Assembly (NCBI GenBank): GCA_963823035.1
Contig: CAWGKG010000014.1
Span: 256,001 to 320,000 of the forward strand
Reading direction: 5' to 3'
DNA from: an uncultured Gemmatimonadales bacterium
Lineage (GTDB): Bacteria; Gemmatimonadota; Gemmatimonadetes; Longimicrobiales; Gaopeijiaceae
DNA: 64,000 nucleotides
The translations under genes were made by a program, and so were the position numbers. The notes beneath the pieces were generated by a model. It was not told the origin of the DNA. It saw only the letters and a list, made by a program, of their open reading frames with translations, and ran no database searches. Below are positions 1-10,198 of this stretch, piece after piece. How positions within the stretch are numbered: the first letter of the stretch is position 1; each line of letters begins with the position of its first letter.

Positions 1-514
1 GCGTGACCCACCCGTCGCCCACGACCCAGCCGAGGAGCTGACCGAGCTCCTGCGACCACTCCCGCGGCAGCTCCGCTTCGCCGCGCTCGACGCGGGCGGC
101 GAGCTTGTCCGTTGGCTCGAAGGGGGGGAGCGCGCGCTGGCGGCTCCAGGGGCCCTCACCGGACTGGACGAGCAGGCGGTCGCCGGGGCGGAGGTCGTCG
201 AGCTCGACGGGTCCGCGCGGCGTGAAGAACTTGTGGTTGCCGGTGGCGACGATCTCGTGCCCGTGCGTGGTGGTGAGCCGGAAGACCTCCGCGTTCTCAC
301 GCGTCTTGAAGACGGGCACGGCCGGGAAGACCGTGATCCCGGTCCGTGCGCGCACCGCGACGCCGCCACCCCCGTGCTCACGCGCGAAGGCCACCGCGCG
401 GGCGTGCGGCACGCGGTTGTCGGTCGCCACCTGGATCTCCATCGTGTCGCGGCAGAGCTCCTCCATGGTGAGGAGGCCGCGGTCGGTCGCCAGCCTGGTG
501 GAGCCCACCACACA
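1..514 (-). mobile_element. Intein with LAGLIDADG homing endonuclease (5' part) inserted in the RNR
   Basis: After ATNP the protein reads CVVGSTRLATDRG (block A, Cys1 codon 514-512) instead of CGE, then GHEIVATGNHKFFT (block B TxxH) and ELGQLLGWVVGDGWV (LAGLIDADG block C) at 49-2. Confidence 0.92.
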
Positions 515-1417
515 GGGGTTCGTGGCCTCGTAGCTCCCCAGCGCGGGCACGGGGTTGAACTCGTTCGCGCGGTCGATGAAGAACGTGCCGGGCTCCCCGG
601 TCAGCCACGCGCCGTGCACGATCATGTCGAAGATGTCGCGCGCGTTCTCCTGCCCCGCCACCGCACCGTTCCGGGGGTCGACCAGGTCGTAGCTCTCCCC
701 CTTCGTCACCGCCTCCATGAACGCGTCGGTGATGGCCACCGAGATGTTGAAGTTGGTGACCTGCGTCGTGTCGTTCTTGCAGTTGATGAAACGGCGGATG
801 TCGGGGTGGTCGACGCGCAGGATCCCCATGTTGGCGCCGCGCCGCGTCCCGCCCTGCTTCACGACCTCGGTGCTGGCGTCGTACAGCTTCATGAACGACA
901 CCGGCCCGGACGCCACGCCCATCGTGGAGCGCACGGTGTCGCCCTCGGGGCGGAGGCGGGAGAAGGAGAAGCCCGTGCCGCCACCGCTCTGGTGCACGAG
1001 CGCCATGGCCTTGAGGGTGTCGTAGATGCCGCTGTGGCCGTTGGAGAGCGCGTCTGCGACGGGAAGCACGAAGCAGGCGGACAGCTGCCCCAGCGGACGG
1101 CCCGCGTTCATGAGCGTGGGCGAGTTGGGCTCGAACCTGCCGTTGATCATGAGGTCGTAGAACTGACGCGCGACCTCGCCCACGGCGGCCTCGGACGCCC
1201 CGTAGTCCGCGTCCACGTCGGCGATGGTCTTGGCGACCCGCCAGAACATCGTCTCGGGACCCTCGGTGGGGGTGCCCTCGGCGTCCTTCTTCAGGTACCG
1301 CTTGCCCAGCACGATACGCGCGTTCTCGGTGAGCTCCGCCGCGGGGACGTCCTCGGGAAGGACGTCGTCGAAGATCTTCGAATCGCGGGGCGGGCGGGGC
1401 TCATGGACGCGCGGCAT
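1..1417 (-). CDS. nrdJ: Adenosylcobalamin-dependent (class II) ribonucleotide reductase, N-terminal part, intein-containing; runs off the left edge of the window
   Basis: Hand translation from ATG at 1417 (absent from the ORF track because it has no stop in the window): MPRVHEPR...ARIVLGKRYL...FEPNSPTLMNAG..GQLSACFV...SGGGTGF...KQGGTRRGANM...TNFNISV...TGEPG...EATNP, all RNR large-subunit motifs. AGGAG RBS upstream. Class II assignment is from overall motif style and lack of an N-terminal ATP cone. Confidence 0.9.
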   Translation of the reverse strand, partial: MPRVHEPRPPRDSKIFDDVLPEDVPAAELTENARIVLGKRYLKKDAEGTPTEGPETMFWRVAKTIADVDADYGASEAAVGEVARQFYDLMINGRFEPNSPTLMNAGRPLGQLSACFVLPVADALSNGHSGIYDTLKAMALVHQSGGGTGFSFSRLRPEGDTVRSTMGVASGPVSFMKLYDASTEVVKQGGTRRGANMGILRVDHPDIRRFINCKNDTTQVTNFNISVAITDAFMEAVTKGESYDLVDPRNGAVAGQENARDIFDMIVHGAWLTGEPGTFFIDRANEFNPVPALGSYEATNPCVVGSTRLATDRGLLTMEELCRDTMEIQVATDNRVPHARAVAFAREHGGGGVAVRARTGITVFPAVPVFKTRENAEVFRLTTTHGHEIVATGNHKFFTPRGPVELDDLRPGDRLLVQSGEGPWSRQRALPPFEPTDKLAARVERGEAELPREWSQELGQLLGWVVGDGWVT

Positions 1418-1430
1418 CGGCGGGGACTCC

Positions 1431-1515
1431 TGTGGACAAAATCGTTGAAAACGCGTGCAAATCAGGTTGAAAAGCGGCGGGAGATGGCTCCCGCCGCGCG
1501 TATGCCTGTGGAAAG
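1431..1515. promoter_or_regulatory. Cluster of DnaA-box-like 9-mers in the RNR 5' leader
   Basis: TGTGGACAA (1431-1439; 1 mismatch to TGTGGATAA), TGTGGAAAG (1507-1515), and weaker CGTTGAAAA (1443-1451) and GGTTGAAAA (1465-1473), all in the same orientation. Confidence 0.45.
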
Positions 1516-1528
1516 TCCTGGGAGGGAC

Positions 1529-1596
1529 CTACGATAGGTTGAGGCGGACCCATATTAGGACCACCACATGTAGGGGTCAAGCACAAAATCCAGGGC
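1529..1596 (-). promoter_or_regulatory. Sigma-70-type promoter of the RNR gene overlapped by NrdR-box-like sites
   Basis: Minus strand TTGACC (1580-1575), 17-nt spacer, TAATAT (1557-1552). 16-bp pseudo-palindromes CCACCACATGTAGGGG (1561-1576), CTACGATAGGTTGAGG (1529-1544, 32 bp away) and GCACAAAATCCAGGGC (1581-1596) resemble NrdR boxes. Confidence 0.7.
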
Positions 1597-1721
1597 CGGA
1601 ACGGGTCGATTTCCGGAAGTCCCTGTGACGCGGGGATCTCCGGGATCCGACCCTTTCTGTTACACTGGCGGAGGCCGAAAAGTTTCGGTCTCTCTTCGGG
1701 TCATGGGACGCGCAGGGGACC

Positions 1722-4700
1722 TCAGAAGGGGAGTCCGAGGCGCACGTAGAAGGTCGGGCCGTCCCCCTCGACGAAGGGGTACGCGCCTCCCACGCGGACG
1801 TCCAGCGAGGCGGACCAGAAGGCGAGGAAGCCCGTCGTGAGCTCCGCTCCGGCCGACACGAGCGTGGATCTCCTCGAGTTCTGGAACCCGGTGATGCCCT
1901 CCTCGGGACCCCACGCGTTGCCGGCGTCGACGAAGAGCGCCCCCAGGATCCGGTCGGCGTCGAGCGGCCAGGCGCCGAGTCCGCCGTTGAGCACGGCCAG
2001 CGGGAAGCGGTACTCGCCCGAGGCGCTCCAGGCGAAGCGGCCGAAGCGCGTGACCTCGGGGTAGCCGCGCACGGGGAAGAAGAGCGACTTCCCGCCGAAG
2101 AGCGCGAGGCCGGTGATCGCCTCGCGCGTTCCGGACGCGCCGCCCACCTCGTAGGTGCCGGCGTTGGCGCCGGGTCCGCGCGCAGCGCCCCCGCTCACGC
2201 GCACGGCGAGCACGTGGGAAGCGTAGCCGGGCCCGCCGATCGCCTTGAAGGCGCGGAGCTGCCCCTGGACCTCGTCGAGCGAGAAGTCCGACCCCAGCAC
2301 GCCGGTGAGGGAGTCGGGCAGCTGGAGCTGCGCCTTGGTGCGCGCCCTCAGGATGAGGTTCGTCCCGGCCGATGCCCCGACCTGGTAGCCGAAGCTCCGC
2401 GCCGACGAGTAGGAGAGCGTGACCCGCAGGTCGCGGAAGCGCGTCTCCGCGCGCGTGAGCCGGTAGGCGGTGGACGGCTCGAGGAAGTTGTCCAGCAGCT
2501 CGTTGTGCTCCCAGGTCATCCCGCCGCTCAGCGTGAGGCCGAGCGCGTGCCGCCACCGAGCGCGCAAGAGCGTGACGCCGGCGCTCACGCCCCGCGTGCG
2601 TTGCAGCACGAAGAGCGTGTCCAACGGCGCGCCCTCCTCGGCCCGGGCCAGGCGCACCCCGTCGTCGTCCCAGAACTGGCTGGCCGAGATCCCGAAGATC
2701 GGGTTGCCGAGCCCGAGGAAGTCGTACGCCGCGCCCCAGTCCCACAGCCCGCCGTGGGTCCCGGTGGAGACCCGCCCGAAGAGATCGTAGTCGTGCCGGC
2801 CCACCAGGTCGTAGCCCGACGTGTGCACGCCCACCGTCGGCCCGATGACCTCACGCCCCGGGATCACCAGCGACGAGGTGCTGACCGTGCCGGTGCGGGT
2901 ACCGGAGCCGAATTGGGGCTCCCAGTAGGTCGGGAGGAGCGTCGGGAAGGGGGAATAGCCCTTCACGTCTCCGTCGGCATGGGCCTCCTGAAGCGCCACC
3001 GGCCGGGGCGGCGCATCGAAGCGGGCCGACGCCGGCGAGGCGGCGGGCCAACCGTCCGGAGCGAAGGGCGCGCGCTCGACGTCCCACCCGTACGCATGAT
3101 ATCCGCTGAAGTAGACCCAGCGTCCCTGCGGATCCACCGTCGGGTAGGCCGCGCCCGTGAGCACGTCGGTGACCCGGCGTGCCTCCCCCACCCTCCCCGT
3201 GCCCGGGTCCACCTCCGCGGCGAGGATGTTGGGGATGCCGGAGCGGTCCGAGGACCAGAGCAGCCAGCGCCCGTCCGGGCTCCACGTGGGCGCGAGGTCC
3301 ACCGCGCGGTCGTCCGTGACCTGGACGGCCTGTCGACCCGTGGCGACGTCGAGCACCACCACGTCCAGGTGCGCGCCCGGCAGCCAACGCGACACCGCCA
3401 CCCATCGCCCGTCCGGCGACAGGTGCGGGAAGGCCCAGTGCACGTCGCGCGCGGACTCCACGATCGTGCGCACCGCGCCGCTGGCCAGGTCCACCCGTAC
3501 GATCGCGTTCGTGCCGAGCGTATCCTGGATCGCGACCGCCCAGCTCCCGTCGGAGGAGACGCTCGGCTGGCTCAGGCGCTCGCCGCGCGTGAGCCGGTGC
3601 GTGGAGCCGTTGGCGTCCACGCGATAGAGGTCGTCGTACAGGCGGTAGGGGTCCTGCAGCTCGAGCTGCGCGAACACGATGCCGCCGTCGGGCGTCCAAT
3701 CGAAGGTCGACACGCCGTTGGTGCGCGACAGCTCCTTCCCGCCCTTCGCGTCCCGACCCGGCGACGCGGAGCTGCGCGTCCGAGCGCCCGTCCGCCCTCG
3801 CGTAGGCGAGCCGGCTTCCGTCGTCGGACAGGCGGGGGTAGAGCGCGACGCGGGCGCCCTCGGTGAGCCGCTCGGGCGCCGGGGGTGTGGGCCTGGCGTC
3901 GCGCGCCGCCCGGGCCGAGTCCGCCTCGGCGTCCACCTGGCGCCGCCACGCGTCCCACTCCTCGGAGAGCGTGTGCCCGAAGGCCTTGTGGGCGGCGGCG
4001 TCCAGCCGGTAGGGAACGAGCTGCCCGGCCACCGCTTCGGCGAAGGCGCCCATGCGGTCGGTGCCGTACTTGTCGAGGAGATGCTCGAAGAAGAGCGATC
4101 CGAACGCGTAGGCGCGGTTGCCCCCCGGCCAGATGGGCGAGTCGCCGGAAGCCCGCCCGAGCCCCGGGAAGCGCCCCTCGATCGCCGCGGTGCGCACGAT
4201 CATGTCGTGGAACGTGCCGTGGATGCGCCCCGCCTCCGAGAAATAGGACTCGTACCAGGTGGCCAGTCCCTCCGTGGTCCAGCGCGGTACGCCGCTGCCC
4301 GGGAAGAAGGGCCACGGCGCGGGCACGCGGCCGAAGATGGCGCGCAGGAAGCGCCCGAGCGGACCGGCGCGATCCAGGTGGAAGATGTGCGACAGCTCGT
4401 GCGTGATCACGAGCTCCATCCAGTCGTCGAAGTAGCCGAGGCCGGGGTCGTCCACGGGCGGGCGGGCGACGATCGTGATGCGGTTCGAGGGCCGCACCTG
4501 CGCGTAGCCGTTGGTGACGTCCGTGTGGTCGGTGAGGAGGATGTCGATGCGCCCGGAGGGCGGCTCGACGAACGACCTCGGACAGCTCCGTCCACGCCCG
4601 TTCGGCGCGCGCGCCGGCTCGGCGCCCCAGCGCTTCGAGGTCGCGGGGGAAGGTGACGCGGAAGTGCTCGGTCTCGAGCGTGGACCAATCCGCGTCGGGC

Positions 4701-4795
4701 GGGACCTGCGCCGCCACGTCGAGGGGATGCAGCATCGCCCCGAGACCCAGGAGGAGCGGCACCGCGCGGCGGCGGGCCCGCTTGAAAAACCCCAC
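1722..4795 (-). CDS. Large exported protein: N-terminal HExxH (gluzincin-like) metallopeptidase domain, TolB/PD40 beta-propeller and C-terminal Omp85/BamA-type barrel (frameshifts near 4580 and 3745)
   Basis: Joined frames give signal peptide ...LLLGLGAMLHPLDVAAQ, then WSTLETEHFRVTF, ITHELSHIF and WTTEGLATWYE, repeated P-x-WSPDG motifs, barrel motifs VRGY, EYRFPL and LFVDAGNAW, and C-terminal Phe (YVRLGLPF). Confidence 0.8.
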
Positions 4796-4845
4796 GCCCG
4801 TCGCCACCGTTCGAACGCCCTCGCCTCGCTGGGATCTCACAGACC

Positions 4846-5523
4846 ATGTCCTCCGATCAGAGCATCTGGTATCGCATCGGCTACGCGCTCGGGCGCGCCC
4901 GAGCCCCATCGCCTTCCGGCACCCGAAAGCTGCCGTCGCTCGCGCAGCGCCGCCGGAGCGAGCCGGCGCCCCCCGACGGCGAGCGTACCCCGCCGCCCGG
5001 TGGCAAGGAGGACCTGCTCGCGTCCGCGGCCGTGGTCGCCCTGGGCAAGCTCCTGGACGGCTGGCGCCCGCGGCATCCATCGGGTGTGCTGCGACTGCTG
5101 CGCGCGGGCGCGTCCGGTGCGGTCGCGGCCCTCGTCGTCGAGCTGCTCCGGCCGCTCCTGACCGGGGACCCGGGCGTCCGATCGCTCGACGACGAGACCG
5201 TCGACCGCCTTCTCGCGGGCGCGGGCCAGGGGCTCGTCTACGGCGCGGTGGTGGAGCCCCGCTTGTTCGGCCCCGACTTCCTCAAGGGTACGCTGTACGG
5301 CACCGCCGAGTACGCGATGCACCCGATGGGCGGTCTCTACCGCATGCTCGGCTCGCACGCCCCCCTGCGCCGCATCCCCGGCGTGGGAAGCCTGCTCGGG
5401 GAGCTGGACGCGCACGACCGCGCCTATCTCGAGCACGTGACCTTCGGCATCGCGCTGGCCCTCCTCTACGGCACCGAATCGAGATCGCGCAGCAACGGGA
5501 TCGTCGCCGCCGAGGACGAATAG
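4846..5523 (+). CDS. Hypothetical membrane protein
   Basis: 225-aa ORF with coding-like composition and hydrophobic segments ([23 protein letters not shown]). Confidence 0.7.
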   Translation: MSSDQSIWYRIGYALGRARAPSPSGTRKLPSLAQRRRSEPAPPDGERTPPPGGKEDLLASAAVVALGKLLDGWRPRHPSGVLRLLRAGASGAVAALVVELLRPLLTGDPGVRSLDDETVDRLLAGAGQGLVYGAVVEPRLFGPDFLKGTLYGTAEYAMHPMGGLYRMLGSHAPLRRIPGVGSLLGELDAHDRAYLEHVTFGIALALLYGTESRSRSNGIVAAEDE

Positions 5524-7130
5524 CCCGCCGTCCCGTCTCCCGCCACGTAGGAAGCCGGACAGGGATCGATACGGACGGACCCGTCCGGATCGGACGGCGT
5601 GGTCTGGAGAACCCGCTGCCCGGGGGGGAGGATCCCCAGGAGCTGCGTCCCTTCGCCGAAGCTCCCCATCGCGCACCACGCCCCGGGCGCCTGACGCACG
5701 GCGCCGGCCACGTAGCGGCGCGCCAGCCCGTCCCAGACGTCGAGAAGCTCGTAGCGGGCCCCCACCGTGGCCGCGAGGGAGAGGTGCGCCGCGAAGGCGG
5801 GGTCGAAGGGGAAGGTCCGTGAGGGCACACCGCTCAGCACGTAGAACATGCGGGGCTTGCGCGAGAGCACCGCGGAGCCGGGCGGAAGGTTGGCGCCCGA
5901 CCACATCGCGGCGTCCACGAACGCGGTGACGCGCGGGCCGTAGCAGGCGAACGGCCCCTGGCTGCGCACGACGGCCGCACATGCGGACGCCTCCCCGGAG
6001 GCCCGCGCCCAGGACTTCATCTCCGGCAGGACGACGACCAGGAGCGCGACCGCGCCCACCAGCCGGGGCGTCGCGAGGCCGAAGCGCGGGGTCGCCTCCT
6101 TCAGCAGGCTGGCGGCGTAGAGGAAGAGGAGCGGGTAGAGGGGGAGCGCGAAGCGGTCACCGGACCACACCACCGGCCACAGGAGGATGAGTCCCGCATA
6201 CAGGGGGAGGAAGAGCTCCGCGGGCCCCGGACGGCGCCGCAGGGCGAGCCCCCATCCGATCCCGCCGAGAAGCACCAACGCCAGCCCGAGCGCCGACACC
6301 AGCGTCCCGTGCGTGCCGACGATCCCCCCCGGGAGGTGCGTCCCGACGTACGCGGTGAGGTTCGTCCAGGCGCGGCCGACGAGCCCGAGCACGCCGACGC
6401 GGCCGAGCGCCGGCTGGTACGGGTCCACGAGCCAGAACTCGGAGACGTACTCCCCCTGCCCCGACCCGCGTGCGCGCAGCAGCCACAGCGCCATCGGCAC
6501 CCCGAGCGCCACGGCCGAGACCGCCAGGGCGCGCCACCTGCGAGCGAGCGCCAGCCAGGCCAGGAGCGCCACCACGAGGGGGAGCCCCGCGGAGCGGGTG
6601 AAGTAGGCGAGCCCGGTGGCGACCACGCCCACCACGAGCCACCCCACGGGCGTCCTCTCCTCGTCGGCGGCCCGTTCCAGCGCATACAGGGCCAGCAGGG
6701 TGAAAGCGAGGAAGGTGGGATCGGAGAGGATCCAGTGCCCGTAGTAGGCCATCGACGTGGCCATCGCCGTCACCAGCGCGACGCCGAGCGCCCGGACCGC
6801 ACCCACGCGGCGCTCCGCCCACAGCCAGGTGAGGGCGACGGTGGCCACGGTGGAGAGCGCGGCGACGATCTTCAGCGCCGACCAGGTCCGCGCCCCGAGC
6901 GCCATCGCGATCGCGAGGAGGGCCGGAAAGACGGGCGGATACTTCGTGTGCGGCGGTGCGGCCGGATCGAACAGCTCGGTGTAGGTGTGATGCTGTCAGG
7001 AGGGAGTAGCCGAGCGTCACGTAGCCGGCATTGTCGCCCCCGGTGTGCGGCGCCGGGTTGAACGTCGTGACCAGGACGACGACCGAGACCACGATGGCGA
7101 CGGCCAGGAGCGCCCAGCGCTTCCCTCCCG

Positions 7131-7134
<4 letters not shown>
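5466..7134 (-). CDS. GT-C fold (ArnT/PMT-like) multi-pass membrane glycosyltransferase (frameshift near 6990)
   Basis: [10 protein letters not shown]..., [40 protein letters not shown]; many transmembrane helices. Confidence 0.75.
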
Positions 7135-8040
<906 letters not shown>

Positions 8041-8159
8041 TGCGCTCGCCTTGCTTGTCGGGGTTTCCGGGACCCGATAACGTCGGGCGTCGAATGGTAC
8101 CCGAGGGGTCGAAGGGCGGCAACGACGCGCCCCGCCCCCTTCCCGAATCGGAGCGTCGC

Positions 8160-9933
8160 ATGTTCCTGCAGTCCGCGGCCCGCATCTTCCGTCCCCTCGT
8201 CCTCGCCGCTGCCCTCCTGGCGACCGCCGGCTGTCGCGACGTGTCCGACGTGCGCGCGCCGGTCGGCCGACACCTCGTTCCCCGCGGGCTGGCCGTATCC
8301 GCACGACGCCACGCCGACGACGGGCCGGAACGGGATGGTGGTCACCACCGACGAGCTCGCGAGCCGGGTGGGGGTCGACGTGATGAAGGCGGGTGGCAAC
8401 GCCGTGGACGCCGCCGTCGCCGTCCAGTTCGCGCTGGCCGTGGTGAACCCCGAGGCGGGCAACATCGGTGGCGGCGGCTTCATGGTGGTGCGCCTGGCGG
8501 ACAACACGGCCGCGGCGCTGGACTTCCGCGAGAAGGCGCCGCTGGCGGCGACGCGCGACATGTACCTGGACGCGCGGGGCAACCTGACCGACGCGTCCCT
8601 GGAAGGGCACCTCTCGGTGGGCGTTCCCGGCTCGGTGATGGGGATGTGGGAAGCGCACCAGCGCTTCGGCACTCTCCCTTGGACGGATCTGGTGGCGCCC
8701 GCCGTGGCGCTCGCGGAGGGCTTCCCGGTCACCGACCGCTTCCTCGTGTCGCTGGATCCGGAGATGGTCGGGGCGCTCGCGCGCTTCCCCACCTCCGCGG
8801 CGCAATTCCTCCCGCGCGACGGCGCGCCTCCGCAGGTGGGCGACACGCTCCGCCAGCCCGAGCTGGCCCAGACGCTACGCCGCATCCAGGAGCACGGCCC
8901 CGACGGCTTCTACCGCGGGCGTACGGCGGAGTTGATCGTGGCCGAGATGAAGCGGGGCGGCGGGATCATCACGCTTCGGGATCTCGACACGTACACCGCC
9001 GCGTGGCGCGAACCGATCTGGTTCACCTATCGGGGTCACGAGATCGTGTCGATGCCGCCGTCGTCGTCCGGCGGCGCGACCATGGCGGAGATCGCCAACA
9101 TCCTGGAGGGCTTCGACCTGGGCGCGCTGCCGTGGCACGGGCCCGAGATGGTGCACCTCTACGTGGAGGCCTGGAGGCGAGCCTACGCCGATCGCAACGC
9201 GTACCTGGCCGACCCGGACTTCGTGGAGATGCCGATCGACCGGATGACGTCGATGGAATACGCGGACGAGCGGCGCGCCACGATCTCCGAGGACCGCGCC
9301 ACCCCGTCGACCGAGGTGGCACCGGGCCTGGGCGCCCCCGCCGAGGGGATGCACACCACGCACTACTCGATCGTGGACGGGGAGGGCAACGCGGTCGCCG
9401 TGACCACCACGCTCAACTCGTGGTACGGGAGCAAGGTCACGGTGGCCGGCGCCGGCTTCGTGCTCAACAACGAGATGGACGACTTCGCGGCCAAGCCCGG
9501 CACCCCCAACCAGTACGGGCTCGTCCAGGGCGAGGCCAACGCCGTGGAGCCCGGCAAGCGCATGCTGTCGGCGATGACGCCCACGATCGTGGTCGGTCCG
9601 GGCGGGCACCTGCGCATGGTGGTCGGGACGCCCGGCGGATCGACCATCATCACCACGGTCTTCCAGGTCATCTCCAACGTGCTCGACTACCGGATGGGCG
9701 TGGTGGCCGCGGTGGACGCGCCGCGCGTGCATCACCAGCACCTTCCCGACCAGGTCTTCTACGAAGGCGGAGCGCTGAGCGAGCAGACGCTGCAGACGCT
9801 GCGCGACATGGGGTACACCATGGTCGAGCGCGGGGGGGAGAGCGGGGACGTACAGGCCATCCTGGTCGAGGAGGACGGAACCCTGCGCGGTTGGTCCGAT
9901 CCAAGACGTGGAGGGAAAGCCGTCGGGTACTGA
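8160..9933 (+). CDS. ggt: Gamma-glutamyltransferase, probable lipoprotein (frameshift near 8270)
   Basis: Lipobox-like [30 protein letters not shown], autoprocessing [29 protein letters not shown]. Confidence 0.93.
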
Positions 9934-9961
9934 CGTCAGGGTGCCCTCCCATCCGGGTAGA

Positions 9962-10120
9962 GCGCGGAGGGGCGGCGCACCCCCCGTAGCGAGACTCCGC
10001 CGCGCGTAGCGGCGGAGCGAGGCAACGCCCTCACCCCGCCGAGCATTAGCCAGAGGGCTCCGCCACGCCTACGCGGCGGCCGAGCGGTCTCGCCAAGGGG
10101 GGCGCGCCGCCCCTCCGCGC
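9962..10120. repeat. Long intergenic foldback element (REP/REPIN- or MITE-like), copy 1
   Basis: 34-bp arms 9962-9995 and 10087-10120 (3 mismatches), plus inner arms 9996-10018 and 10057-10085 containing CGCGTAG / CTACGCG. Confidence 0.75.
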
Positions 10121-10198
10121 CCTCCATGCCGGGTGGCCCGTGGTTGGACCGGACGGTTCGCCCGGGAACCCGTTCCTCCCCCGGGGTAGACTCGCCCC

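Noticed and set aside
1420..1720. AT-richer intergenic region with DnaA-like boxes as a possible oriC or cobalamin riboswitch
   Set aside because: Few and imperfect boxes, no DUE or dnaA/dnaN context, and no recognisable B12-box; better explained as the RNR promoter.
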